Positions 37,243-46,823 of a stretch of DNA of 64,000 nt are shown piece by piece. The first letter of the stretch is position 1; every line of letters starts with the position of its first letter. The position numbers and the translations under genes are program-made. The DNA is from an uncultured Sulfolobales archaeon. Its GTDB lineage: Archaea > Thermoproteota > Thermoprotei_A > Sulfolobales > NBVN01. The stretch covers positions 76,720-140,719 of the forward strand of contig CALIKV010000010.1 in assembly GCA_938017505.1 (NCBI GenBank). The letters run 5' to 3'. The notes beneath the pieces are model-generated. The model saw only the letters and a program-made list of their open reading frames with translations. It did no database searches and had not been told where the DNA came from.

Positions 37243-37897
37243 CACTTGCGACAAGCTCCTTGCTTACAGAGTTTAGCTCTTCAAGGAAGCAAGCGGCAGA
37301 TGCTCCGAACCCTCTATCCATGTGCGCCTCAAGAACTTTAGTCCAATCAATCTTTATTATGTAATACGTGATGAATATCGATATGAAGACGAAGAGAGGC
37401 ACCGCCTGATATGCTTGCTCATCGCTGAATACGGTGAAAATACTCCCGTAGAACACAACAGCGCTCTTCAGGAAGACTTTACCTAGAAACACTGCTAGGA
37501 AGTAAGAGGGCATTGAAAATTTAGTGACTCCTAGCGGCAGGTAAAGCACGTCGTCAGGAAGCGGTAGGGCAGCGAAGAGGAATATAGCCAGCGTGACTGA
37601 CTTTCTAGCGATCTTGTTGAAAAGCTCTACATTCCTTCTGCTGACAGGGCCTAAGGCCCGGGACGCCCCCCTACCGAGAGCATATATTACGAGCTTCCCC
37701 AACGCGGCTCCTAACGCGGAGGAAACAATTATGATTATTTTGTCGTTAATGCCTGGATAGCTGATCGCGTAGGACAGTATTATAAGTAAGTAAGGAAGCG
37801 ATACGAACGGGATCGAGTTACTTACAAAGCTTATTATGAGGGGTCCCATAGGTAGAGAGCTGAACACGCTCAAGATCTTGAGTATCTCGGTAAGCAT
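37214..37897 (-). CDS. DedA/VTT (SNARE-associated) family membrane protein
   Basis: Polytopic protein with FAALPLPDDVLYLPLGVTKFSMPSYFLAVFLGKV, which resembles the VTT-domain core. Confidence 0.6.
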   Translation of the reverse strand: MLTEILKILSVFSSLPMGPLIISFVSNSIPFVSLPYLLIILSYAISYPGINDKIIIIVSSALGAALGKLVIYALGRGASRALGPVSRRNVELFNKIARKSVTLAIFLFAALPLPDDVLYLPLGVTKFSMPSYFLAVFLGKVFLKSAVVFYGSIFTVFSDEQAYQAVPLFVFISIFITYYIIKIDWTKVLEAHMDRGFGASAACFLEELNSVSKELVASVRAVISRIL

Positions 37898-37971
37898 GAT
37901 ATCCCTTCCTATGAATACCGCGCAATTAACTTAATAAGCTGCCTGCGTACGTATAATCACAGTGTACTGTA

Positions 37972-38469
37972 ATGGAGCCGACACGGATCCACAGCACTAT
38001 GACCGAATGCCCTGTGTGCGGTAACAGAACCCTTGAGATAAGCGTTTACGTTTATGAAGTCCCGCTTGTCGGCAAGGTTTTACTTGATGTTTGGAAGTGT
38101 AGTAACTGTGGCTACAGAAGGTCTGATGTAGGGCTCGCTGAACACGGTGATGAGGTCATGATATCCTTTAAGGTGAAGAGCCCGGAGGACCTAGGAGCGC
38201 TTGTTGTTAAGTCATCCTCAGCCACCATAGTTATCCCCGAGTTAGGTGTAGAGGTAAGCCCGGGGCCGGCGGCGCAAGACCACATAACAACAGTTGAAGG
38301 GGTCTTAGAGAGAGTGCTTGATAACGTGCCCTCAGAGTGCTTTGATGAGAGTAGCGAGTGCAACAAATTCGTTAAGGACATAACTAGAGCTATGAATAGT
38401 GAGAAGGAATTCACGGTAATACTAATCGATCCCCTGGGCAAAAGCACCATACGGAAATGGGGGACGTAA
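37972..38469 (+). CDS. ZPR1-type zinc-finger protein
   Basis: CPVCG...(27 aa)...CSNCGY zinc ribbon followed by a beta-rich domain. The size (165 aa) is typical of archaeal ZPR1-like proteins. Confidence 0.7.
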   Translation: MEPTRIHSTMTECPVCGNRTLEISVYVYEVPLVGKVLLDVWKCSNCGYRRSDVGLAEHGDEVMISFKVKSPEDLGALVVKSSSATIVIPELGVEVSPGPAAQDHITTVEGVLERVLDNVPSECFDESSECNKFVKDITRAMNSEKEFTVILIDPLGKSTIRKWGT

Positions 38470-38490
38470 TCCCTAAGCTATGGAGCACGT

Positions 38491-39024
38491 TCACTCGACC
38501 TTTATCTCGAATTCGCCGAAACCTCCTTTAAGTTTCTTGAGCTCTATCTCCAGTATCCCGTTCCTGTAATCCGCCTTAGCACTTTTCACGTCAACTTCGT
38601 CAGGCAACGCAACCTTCTTAAAGTACTTTCTCCCGTTACTTGCTTGAATAATCAACTCCTTACCTGAAGCCCTAAGCTTAATTCCCTCTTTCTCAACGCC
38701 TGGCATCTCCACCACGATTCTCACCCTGTCTCCCTCGTCGATAACGTCGGCCAGGGGCTCCCTCTCCTCAGTTATCTTGGGTTTCATGCCTTCCCTCCTC
38801 ACATTACCGAACTCGTCTACCTTAATCTGTCCGTCAGGACCTATGTAGATTCTGTACCCGTAGACGTATGGCCCAAGGCCTCTCTCACGCAGCTTCTCAA
38901 CCTCCTCAGGACTTATTCTGAAGAGTTTCTCACTCTCCCTAATGAACTCCCTCACCTCGTCCTCAAACTCCTTGAACAAGTCGTCAAATATATCAAAGAA
39001 CGACTTCCTCCTCCTGTCACCCAT
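38491..39024 (-). CDS. hsp20: small heat-shock protein (Hsp20 / alpha-crystallin domain)
   Basis: ADVIDEGDRVRIVVEMPGVEKEGIKL...AKADYRNGILEIELKK is a canonical alpha-crystallin domain pattern. Confidence 0.9.
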   Translation of the reverse strand: MGDRRRKSFFDIFDDLFKEFEDEVREFIRESEKLFRISPEEVEKLRERGLGPYVYGYRIYIGPDGQIKVDEFGNVRREGMKPKITEEREPLADVIDEGDRVRIVVEMPGVEKEGIKLRASGKELIIQASNGRKYFKKVALPDEVDVKSAKADYRNGILEIELKKLKGGFGEFEIKVE

Positions 39025-39066
39025 CGAGCTCCACCAAATCTAGTATTCATAGAGAGGATTTAAAGT

Positions 39067-39402
39067 TTGCCCCCGGAGCGGATTCAACCGCCTCGTGGGA
39101 GATCCTTAAGTACTAACATAAGTAAGATAATTCGGTGTCTATCTAAAGTGTGGTTCGCATTCGTTAACTCTCCCCTGGGGCCCAATATGAGGGTGCTTAA
39201 GAAATTCACAGTGTCCACGACGTATGCGGAGGAGGAGTTGGAGATCCTCCAAAGTAGGGTCTCGAGCTTCCTTGACTTGAGAGCCATCCGCGTTTCTGAG
39301 GGACGTGTGGACGCGATATATGAGATAGTCGCCGTAGACCCTGACGCTGCGGATTTAATTAGAGTGGGTGTAGACAAGTTCATACTGGCTGAAATCACGT
39401 GA
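39067..39402 (+). CDS. small hypothetical protein (probable start ATG 39187)
   Basis: The ORF's upstream part looks non-coding. From MRVLKKFTVSTTYAEEELEILQ onward it is coding-like (about 71 aa). No family was recognised. Confidence 0.4.
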   Translation: MPPERIQPPRGRSLSTNISKIIRCLSKVWFAFVNSPLGPNMRVLKKFTVSTTYAEEELEILQSRVSSFLDLRAIRVSEGRVDAIYEIVAVDPDAADLIRVGVDKFILAEIT

Positions 39403-39485
39403 TTTCGAACTGTTCTGCAGGATCAATGCGTCTCCTCAATAGGGGTTAAGTCTTAAAAGCAGTTCTCTCAGGTAAAGGAGTCTTC

Positions 39486-39818
39486 TTGGGTGGGGTATTG
39501 CCTGTAGATGTTATAGTGATTACTAATGGGACCTCCTTCAGCGAGGACGTGCTTAAGTCAGTTTGGGAGACCGCTCAGAAGTTGTTTCACGAGTATGGAC
39601 TAGAAGTCTACGTGATACCGTACGTATCTAAAGATTCCAAGGTTATGATAGTTGTTAACGACGTTGAGTTCGTGGTCTCTAGAAAGCTTACGCATGAGGA
39701 AATTGAGGACTTGATTCTAACCGCGTGTGAGGGCGAAGGTAAAGGTAGGGAGATAGCTTTGGTCGGGACTGTCATCTCCGACTGGAGCGAGTTCGGAAGC
39801 GCGCAAATAGCGTTCTAA
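39486..39818 (+). CDS. small hypothetical protein
   Basis: 110 aa. The pattern VIVITNG...GLEVYVIPYVSKDSKVMIVVNDVEFVVSRKLTHEEIEDLI is weakly similar to the 23223-23507 product. Confidence 0.5.
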   Translation: MGGVLPVDVIVITNGTSFSEDVLKSVWETAQKLFHEYGLEVYVIPYVSKDSKVMIVVNDVEFVVSRKLTHEEIEDLILTACEGEGKGREIALVGTVISDWSEFGSAQIAF

Positions 39819-40179
39819 GAGAACCCTGATCTTTTCGTTCGATTTTGCTACTATTGATGTCTTACGTCTAAACTCCCCCTCCACCCGACCTCCCTAAGAA
39901 CCCATTGTTCTTCAGACGAGGAGTTAGTGTTGGACTGTTTATCCCTGGATATTCGTTGACGTTCTTTTGTTTCCAGGGACTTCCACCTCGTCCACGGAGT
40001 CTGAGGGGCCCTTGCGGGGTCGTTGGCAGCTGTAGGGCCTAACGGAACGAGCTCCTATCTACGAGAGTAAGACCATCTTCCGGGCGGCTCAGAGCATTGC
40101 TCCCATCGCCGACCAGAATCACCATAGCCCTCATCATCACCTAAACAAACCAGAACTTATAAACCCTTACCTAGAGATA

Positions 40180-41178
40180 TCAACAAGAAAATAGCCTCTC
40201 CCTGATGATATCACAAATACTTAACTCTCTCCATGAACCGTACCGACCCCTCACTTCGATGCCTAGCTCCCTAAACAATCTCTCCGAGTCCTCGGTTTTT
40301 CCTGAGAGCACTCCGTATTTCTCTATGTGCGATCTAACGAACAGCAGGTCCTTAACCCTGAGGCCGAGGCTTCTCAATTCCGAGATGCCCCTAGCAAGTA
40401 TCTCGCTCTTAGGGGTGCTGCGCTGTAGAGGTGTTAAGATGTGAATTAAGGTGTGATTAGAGTTAAGCCCTGCTAGAGGAGGCTTGCTAAGTACTACGTG
40501 TGAAGCCATGAACCTTCTCTTCCCTAAAGCGTAAACCATCGTCTCGTTAGGGTCAAGCCTCTGTTCAGTTACGCCTATTAGGACTGAGATGTTGTACGGC
40601 ACGTACACATAGCTTGACAGTACTTCAGTGGACACTCCTTTTAATCTAGAGAGCAGGAGGTCTTGAGGTAGCGTGTTGATGAGCTTCTCGTAATCTAGTA
40701 GAGAACCTCCCTCAATCCTAACTCTCCTCCTTAAAGGATCTATCTCAGTGATGCCTGCATAGATACGTGCAGCTCTGGACCTGCCTCTGAGGAACTTTAT
40801 CACTGAACACCACCCGGATTCGGGCTGGTATAGTGTGCTGTACTTAGTTGGCAGCACATCATACCAGAAAACCCCTGTTAACTCGGCGTGAGGCGGGTAC
40901 ACCTTTTCATTAAGAGTCTCCTCATCCCCTACGAGGAGGTAGTCATACTGGATCTCCCTCGCTTTAAACCCTAAGTTATTCACGCATCCGCGTTCCATAA
41001 CATACATAGGAACCCTGTCAATACACGTGTTGTTGATGTCCCAACCCTCCAGAGAGCTTGGCGTGTCTCGCAATGATAATATAAGGGGGTCTTCTGCGTT
41101 ATCAGCATGTAAGTTACTGCTCAGTGAATCCCCTAGAAACAACTCCTTAGCTTTCCTCCTCAGACTCCTCCTCCACAC
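40180..41178 (-). CDS. FAD-dependent oxidoreductase-like protein (amine-oxidase/PPO-type fold), lacking the N-terminal dinucleotide-binding motif
   Basis: Mid and C-terminal blocks YEKLINTLPQDLLLSRL and VRGRYGSWRELSICDIIRE resemble COG1232-type flavoproteins. No GxGxxG is present in this ORF. Confidence 0.45.
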   Translation of the reverse strand: MWRRSLRRKAKELFLGDSLSSNLHADNAEDPLILSLRDTPSSLEGWDINNTCIDRVPMYVMERGCVNNLGFKAREIQYDYLLVGDEETLNEKVYPPHAELTGVFWYDVLPTKYSTLYQPESGWCSVIKFLRGRSRAARIYAGITEIDPLRRRVRIEGGSLLDYEKLINTLPQDLLLSRLKGVSTEVLSSYVYVPYNISVLIGVTEQRLDPNETMVYALGKRRFMASHVVLSKPPLAGLNSNHTLIHILTPLQRSTPKSEILARGISELRSLGLRVKDLLFVRSHIEKYGVLSGKTEDSERLFRELGIEVRGRYGSWRELSICDIIRERLFSC

Positions 41179-41470
41179 CTTCTTCTTCCTCTTCCCTCTT
41201 TATCGTAATGCGTCTAGCTTCATTGATGAACAGATGCGATCTCAAGTGATGAACAAGGTCTTCGGCGAAGAAGAACAGCGGGCCGCTCACCGAGGATCTG
41301 AGGGACTCCCTATCCTTAGGACACACCTCATCGATCTTAACGCAGGCAGGGCATAATAGGAGGTTAGTCGTTAAGTCTATACACGTCTCCACAGTCAGAC
41401 CCCCTATATCGAGGGAAATCCTACGCCATCTAGGCTCCCAGAAAAGCGACATTAACCACACCTGCATCAC
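41147..41470 (-). CDS. hypothetical protein; possibly the degenerate N-terminal part of the downstream oxidoreductase-like gene, ending in a poly-Glu tail
   Basis: RISLDIGGLTVETCIDL...VKIDEVCPKDRESLRSS aligns loosely to the GxGxxG...E...GG region with key residues replaced. It ends EEEEEGVEEESEEES and overlaps the next ORF by 32 nt in another frame. Confidence 0.3.
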   Translation of the reverse strand: MMQVWLMSLFWEPRWRRISLDIGGLTVETCIDLTTNLLLCPACVKIDEVCPKDRESLRSSVSGPLFFFAEDLVHHLRSHLFINEARRITIKREEEEEGVEEESEEES

Positions 41471-41596
41471 TATCTATTGATAAGGAGAGTTATAAAACTG
41501 CACCTACGTACCTGGCTGATGCTGGATCCAGTTGTCCGCGTACTTACGTGCGAGGATGAAGGACGTGAGCACAGGTTAATACGGCTGGCCGATGGC

Positions 41597-41779
41597 TCAA
41601 GAGCACCTATAGCCGTGCTTACTTAGCTTCCAAATAATGGCATCACGGATAAAACGACTTCTATTATCGTAGGACTCCTTAGCTATTATCTCGTCCATTA
41701 AGTCTATCACGTCATTAGGAAGTTTAACTGATATTACCTTGTCATCTGACATAGCCATCCTTTTTATAAATAATACCAT
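41597..41779 (-). CDS. ribbon-helix-helix (CopG/MetJ-type) DNA-binding protein
   Basis: KVISVKLPNDVIDLMDEIIAKESYDNRSRFIRDAI shows the classic RHH strand-helix-helix pattern. The likely start is the internal MAMSDDK. Confidence 0.7.
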   Translation of the reverse strand: MVLFIKRMAMSDDKVISVKLPNDVIDLMDEIIAKESYDNRSRFIRDAIIWKLSKHGYRCS

Positions 41780-41858
41780 TAATTTAAGTGCATCTATTAA
41801 TTATTAGATAGAGAATTATTATTTATATTCACCGTAAACAACCTCCTTTGATGCGGAG

Positions 41859-42320
41859 GTGGAGGAGTTCATTATTAAGTCGAGAATTGCTATATTTCTA
41901 GGTGTGTGTTTGGAGGACCCGGTGATCACGGTTACCAGGTACTTGGTGATCAAGAGACTGGCTGGCAACTCATCCATGATAATGGCGGTTAAGGAGTATT
42001 TCGTTGATGGAGTCTCACCAAGTACTATAAGCTATAAGTATAAAATCTCTAAGTTCAGGGTTAGGGGCTACGTCCAGAGGGTCACAGAGAAGCTCAGAAA
42101 CCCCTACTTAACCTCAAACGTGGTGAGGCAGATCTTCCCGGTTATCCTGGAGGTAGAGCCCGCCGTGATTAAAGTGGGTGACAGGTTCATATGCCTCCTC
42201 TGCGACCAGACATTCACCAGTGAAGTAACTGTTGAGAATCATATAAGGAGAAAACACGCGGATTACGTGAATGAGGTGGTAGAGCAGATCGTTGGTAGTA
42301 CTAAGGGTTTAAGGAAATGA
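41859..42320 (+). CDS. C2H2 zinc-finger protein with putative N-terminal HTH
   Basis: C-terminal FICLLCDQTFTSEVTVENHIRRKH (C2H2). GTG start preceded by GGAGGTG. It is divergent from the RHH gene across an AT-rich spacer. Confidence 0.6.
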   Translation: MEEFIIKSRIAIFLGVCLEDPVITVTRYLVIKRLAGNSSMIMAVKEYFVDGVSPSTISYKYKISKFRVRGYVQRVTEKLRNPYLTSNVVRQIFPVILEVEPAVIKVGDRFICLLCDQTFTSEVTVENHIRRKHADYVNEVVEQIVGSTKGLRK

Positions 42321-42387
42321 CACCCTCACTTCCGCAGCTTCGTTAATCTATTAGTTCGCCATGAGGTTAATTAATCACTCCTGAAGC

Positions 42388-43065
42388 TCATTGCAGGGCT
42401 TGCGACGCTGACAGCTGATGATATAACTTAATGAAGCCCAAGACGTTAAGGTCTGCAGCATTGACCTTCACGTCATTATAGTAGATGTCTACCCCGTTAT
42501 ACACGCCGTCCTTCCTCTTTATAATCAGCCTTAACCTACTCTCTTTGAGTATATCCCTGACGTCCTCATACTTTATTAAGTCATATAGTATGGAGTCGCT
42601 GAGTAACCCCAGCGCGTCAGTGACTAGGGAATCGCATTTCCTTACGTTTAGGACTGCGTTGATGTAGTGCTTGATCAACGAAGGTTGCGCCTCCAAGTAA
42701 CCCTCGTTTCTGAGAGAACTTAGTTCATCACACTCAAGGCTATTGATAAGCTTGACGAGCAACCCCTCAGCGATGAGATCTAGGGGTGAGTCCATTAGAT
42801 TCCTTATGAAGGTTAACGATGAATAACTAGGTTTTAAGGTGTCGAGGTATTTAATCCATGATGCATCATGACATCCTGTCTTACACACCTCCCTCAACAC
42901 GCGTGCGAGCCTCTGATGCCCGGATGCAGTGTCCTCAAGTATTAAGCTGAGAGCTATGAGGAGCTTGTTAGGCTTCCCCAGGGCGTAGAGCTCCCTAAAC
43001 CCTAGTCTCACTAACTCGGTAAACTCTCTATCATCAACCCTATCAAGCGAGTTAAACAGCTTCAT
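42388..43065 (-). CDS. hypothetical protein (no recognisable family)
   Basis: 225-aa ORF with coding-like composition: a helical N-terminal two-thirds and a beta-rich C-terminus. Confidence 0.5.
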   Translation of the reverse strand: MKLFNSLDRVDDREFTELVRLGFRELYALGKPNKLLIALSLILEDTASGHQRLARVLREVCKTGCHDASWIKYLDTLKPSYSSLTFIRNLMDSPLDLIAEGLLVKLINSLECDELSSLRNEGYLEAQPSLIKHYINAVLNVRKCDSLVTDALGLLSDSILYDLIKYEDVRDILKESRLRLIIKRKDGVYNGVDIYYNDVKVNAADLNVLGFIKLYHQLSASQALQ

Positions 43066-43200
43066 GAGTGATGTCCTTCTTCTGAAGAGCAGGTTCCCTC
43101 TCCGTTTCTTCAGTGATGAGATGCTTAAAAAACTTAGGAGTTAAGAGATATTGGTGCGCCTTCGCTGAGGAGTGTTAAGTGGGTTGATGGCAAGGTAGTT

Positions 43201-44046
43201 TTGGAGGATACGGCAATACCACCTATACCTAAAGAGAAGGTATTGGCGAAGGTCTTAAGCGCTCTTATCTACTCTCCCATCAAAAACAGGAGCGTACTTA
43301 ACAACGTGGAGCCCGGGATAACGCTAGGTAGCTTCGGGGTAGTAAGGGTCATAGAACCTGGCGTGTGGAGTAATGCGACTCCCGGCGGGACCTACGGAGT
43401 CGTTCCATACTGTAATGACGGAGTTCTCGGACTTGGGTTAGACGGCCTCGCCTCAGAGTACGCCGTCGTCCCGGCGGAATGTCTGGTTAAGCTGGCGAAG
43501 ACCGACGTGACGCGGTTAACACCTCTCTACCTGGAATTCGGTTACTTATATGAGTTGGCGAAGTTGATGGAGACTTCCGCGAGGTCGATCATCATAGGTT
43601 GTGGATTCGCTGCTTACGTTCTAGGGATGCTCGCTAGGAAGTACGGAAGCGCTGAGATACTCTGCATTAACGATGACCATAACTACGTCAAGCAGTTACG
43701 CGACCTAGGCCTGCCCTTCAGAAGGAGCCCCGGCGACATTAAGGAGAGAGCCAGCTTAGTGATTCTCACAGAAGACGTGGGGTTCGAGTGGATTAAGTTG
43801 CTTCAAGACGAAGGGAGGGTCTACATGGCTTCAGGGGTCTTCGCCTTAAACGTCCGCTTTAAGGGTAATCCCTCTAAATTGAAGCTGATCAGACCCAGCA
43901 TATTCAGATCTAGTTACGGTATGAGATACATAAATAAAGTGAGTAACTACGTGCTTAGCAGTCAGGTCGGGTTCGTCGATGATCTAAGCCAGGTGGCGAG
44001 CGCTCTAGAACTCTTCGAGAGAGTTGTTCTCGTCTTTAAAACGTAG
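43201..44046 (+). CDS. medium-chain dehydrogenase/reductase-like protein lacking obvious catalytic zinc ligands
   Basis: GSFGVVRVIEPGV...GLASEYAVVPAECLVKL and the Rossmann-like IIIGCGFAAYVLGMLARKYG resemble the ADH/MDR layout. The N-terminal Cys/His ligands were not seen. Confidence 0.5.
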   Translation: MEDTAIPPIPKEKVLAKVLSALIYSPIKNRSVLNNVEPGITLGSFGVVRVIEPGVWSNATPGGTYGVVPYCNDGVLGLGLDGLASEYAVVPAECLVKLAKTDVTRLTPLYLEFGYLYELAKLMETSARSIIIGCGFAAYVLGMLARKYGSAEILCINDDHNYVKQLRDLGLPFRRSPGDIKERASLVILTEDVGFEWIKLLQDEGRVYMASGVFALNVRFKGNPSKLKLIRPSIFRSSYGMRYINKVSNYVLSSQVGFVDDLSQVASALELFERVVLVFKT

Positions 44047-44055
44047 AGTAAGGTT

Positions 44056-45300
44056 TTACATGCCGTAGAAGCTCTCCGGGGTTATAGGCTTCGAGGGGGT
44101 CTTGATCTTATCCCTGGCGAGACTTCCCAAGACCTTCACACCCTCGGCTATCTTATCTGGTGAGGGGAAGCTGAAGTTAAGTCTCATTGAATTCCATCCA
44201 CCGCCGTTGGAGAAGAACGAAGCGCCCGGCACGTAGGCAACGCCCATAGCGATGGCCTCGGTGAGCATCTTCCTCGTGTCTATCTCGAGCGATGGAAGGA
44301 ACACCATTACAAACAACCCGCCGACAGGCTTAGGCCACCAAGTGTTCTCGGGCATGTGGTCAAGGAGGGAGTCAAGCATAACGTCCCTCTTAACCTTATA
44401 GACTTGCCTAGCTTTCTCTATAGTCCTCTCAACCACGCCCCGTCTCATGGCTTCAAGGGCTATGTATTGTGTTAGTGATGATGTGTGAAGATCCGCAGTC
44501 TGCTTAGCTCTCTCAAGCACGTCAATGACGTAGTGATTCCCCAAAACCCACCCTAGTCTCAGTCCCGGTGAGAGTATCTTGCTCAACGTGCCTAAATATA
44601 TGACCCTACCCTCCTTATCGAGCGTTTTAAGCGGGGTCACGTCAACCCCGCTCTCGTAGACGAAGTACGAGTAAGGATCGTCCTCGATAATCACTACGTC
44701 GTACTCGGAAGCAAGCTGTAGGAGAGCCTTCTTCCTCTCAACACTCATCGTGACGCCGGCAGGGTTATGCGCGACTGGTATTGTGTATATGAACTTAACC
44801 TTCTTGCCTTTAGCGTAAACCTTCTTCAGCTCCCTCTCTAGGAGGTCTACACGCATTCCGTCCCCGTCCACAGGAACCCCTATTATCTGGGGGTGTGAAA
44901 GCGTGTATGCGTTCAGGGCAGCTAAGTAAGTAGGTAACTCAACTATTATCACGTCCTCCCGCTCTATGAAGACCCTGCTTATTAAGTCCAGTGCCTGTTG
45001 CGAGCCAGTTGTGATCAGTACGGAGTCACTGCTGTCGACTTTAACGTCCTTCCTCTGCAGGAAATTCGTTAATTCCTTCCTGAACTCGGTTATCCCGGCT
45101 GTCGGTGCGTACTGAAGTGAAGACTCCCCACGCTCTCTAATAACCTCCTGTGCTATCTCAGCTAACTCCTCCTTAGGAAAGGTCTGTGGATCCGGCAGGC
45201 CTCCCGCAAGACTTATGATCTTCCTGCCTTCAGTGAGTTTAAGAAGCTCTCTCACCTCCGATGCTTTAAAGAGCTCAGATCTTCCCGCAAGTAACTTCAA
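44056..45300 (-). CDS. class I/II PLP-dependent aminotransferase (2-aminoadipate/aromatic aminotransferase-like)
   Basis: 414 aa. NPAG block (AHNPAGVTMS), the PLP-lysine region LGTLSKILSPGLRLGW, and YVPGASF. Confidence 0.85.
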   Translation of the reverse strand: MKLLAGRSELFKASEVRELLKLTEGRKIISLAGGLPDPQTFPKEELAEIAQEVIRERGESSLQYAPTAGITEFRKELTNFLQRKDVKVDSSDSVLITTGSQQALDLISRVFIEREDVIIVELPTYLAALNAYTLSHPQIIGVPVDGDGMRVDLLERELKKVYAKGKKVKFIYTIPVAHNPAGVTMSVERKKALLQLASEYDVVIIEDDPYSYFVYESGVDVTPLKTLDKEGRVIYLGTLSKILSPGLRLGWVLGNHYVIDVLERAKQTADLHTSSLTQYIALEAMRRGVVERTIEKARQVYKVKRDVMLDSLLDHMPENTWWPKPVGGLFVMVFLPSLEIDTRKMLTEAIAMGVAYVPGASFFSNGGGWNSMRLNFSFPSPDKIAEGVKVLGSLARDKIKTPSKPITPESFYGM

Positions 45301-45461
45301 GTAATCGACCGTTTTGAATCCCCTATAAATTAGGGAATTAAGGGTTTTAAATATTCGTCTATAATATTGACATTATTTTCTTTACTTATTATCAACATAA
45401 ACCCCGGCCACAAAGTATTAAACATATCGAAGGTGATAGTACGCCGGTGCCGTTCCTAAGT

Positions 45462-46532
45462 TTATCTTTTTACGTAGAGCCAGCATGCAACACCGTGTTC
45501 AGGCTCTACATCAATTATAGGTGGTTCCTGAGTCTTGCAAACGTCCATCGAGTAAGGACACCTTGGATGGAGTCTACAGCCGCTCGGCACTGCTGCCGCG
45601 CTCGGTATCTCGCTCTTGATGGGGACCTCTCTCATCTTTAATCGGTTAGAAGGGTCTGGCTCAGGTACAGCTGCTACTAAAGCCTTAGTGTAGGGGTGAT
45701 AAGGGTTGTTGATTATTTTACTTGCAAGACCCGTCTCGACTATCTTACCTAAGTACATGACTGCTATCTTATCACATATGTAGTTAGCTACAGCTAGATC
45801 GTGAGTTATAAAAATGTATGAGAGATTTCTTGAGCTCTTTAAATCGAGCATTAGTTGTAGAATTTCAGCTCTTATAGAGACATCAAGCATGCTGACGGGT
45901 TCGTCAGCTATTACCAGCGACGGGTTAAGTATCATAACTCTAGCTACCGCAACTCTCTGCCTTTGACCACCTGATATCATGTGCGGATATCTCTCAACGA
46001 ACTCTTCAGGAGGATTAAGCCTGACCTCGCTTAGGGCCTTATAGATAATCTCTTGCCTCTCTTCCTTGCTTGACCCTATAGAATGTATTATTAGAGGCTC
46101 CTCCAAAATACTCCCTAAAGTCATTCTAGAGTTAAGCGATCCATAGGGGTCCTGGAATATTATCTGTATCTCGCGTTTCAACAGTTTGTCGATGCTACTA
46201 GGCAACTTATCGAATAGACTAACGTAATCCCCGTAAACGAATATTCCCTGAGGCATCAATTCCTTAACTTCTTTAGAGACCTTGTACAATGCTCTGCCAT
46301 CAGACACTTCTATGAGTCTAGCTATCAATCTACCCGTTGTTGTTTTCCCACATCCTGATTCGCCAACCAAACAAAATACGTCGCTCTCAACAACCTCGAA
46401 GCTTATCCCGTCAACGGCTTTAACACTCCTAGGAGGCTTACCTCTCAAGATCTCAGAGATACTCCTCTTCACCGGGAAATACTTCTTCAGATTCTCCACT
46501 CTAAGCTTAACCTCACTCACTTGGATCACCAT
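45462..46532 (-). CDS. peptide/nickel-type ABC transporter ATP-binding protein (OppF/DppF-like), orphan copy
   Basis: Walker A GESGCGKTT, signature MISGGQRQR, Walker B LVIADEPVSMLD, and a C-terminal oligopeptide-ABC Cys motif (GCRLHPRCPY...ACWLY). Confidence 0.9.
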   Translation of the reverse strand: MVIQVSEVKLRVENLKKYFPVKRSISEILRGKPPRSVKAVDGISFEVVESDVFCLVGESGCGKTTTGRLIARLIEVSDGRALYKVSKEVKELMPQGIFVYGDYVSLFDKLPSSIDKLLKREIQIIFQDPYGSLNSRMTLGSILEEPLIIHSIGSSKEERQEIIYKALSEVRLNPPEEFVERYPHMISGGQRQRVAVARVMILNPSLVIADEPVSMLDVSIRAEILQLMLDLKSSRNLSYIFITHDLAVANYICDKIAVMYLGKIVETGLASKIINNPYHPYTKALVAAVPEPDPSNRLKMREVPIKSEIPSAAAVPSGCRLHPRCPYSMDVCKTQEPPIIDVEPEHGVACWLYVKR

Positions 46533-46823
46533 TAACCTAGGTTCTAATCACCTTCCTCGGCAACAAGCTAAACAGGACCAACGTCGGTGAAGCTACAGTA
46601 GTGACGTAGAGGACTAACTGAAGTAGTATGTGCCTTGACCTCAACATACGAGTTGTTCCCCAGGCTTGAGGTCATTGGCCTTGTTGTCATTGCCGAACCA
46701 CCCTAGCTAAAAACTATTACTTAACTTAAAATTAAAATTTTATCATTCAATTGAACGTCGTGACTGACGTTAAGGTAGGCGGTGACTCCTCCACAATCGT
46801 GGTCAGCACTGTTATTAAAGACC

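Noticed and set aside
40089-40137. Minus-strand ATGATGA ... CTGA (49 nt). The same stretch can alternatively be read as a Rossmann-like mini-ORF, VMMRAMVILVGDGSNALS.
   Set aside because: The internal boxes are absent or mis-spaced and the ORF stops after about 33 codons. Neither reading is supported well enough.
43113-43168. GTGATGA ... CTGA spaced 56 nt apart, with a possible 4-bp terminal stem, in the divergent spacer 43066-43200.
   Set aside because: No D' or C' boxes occur at 12-nt spacing. The internal A-rich run (GCTTAAAAAAC) is more simply a TATA element for the flanking genes.
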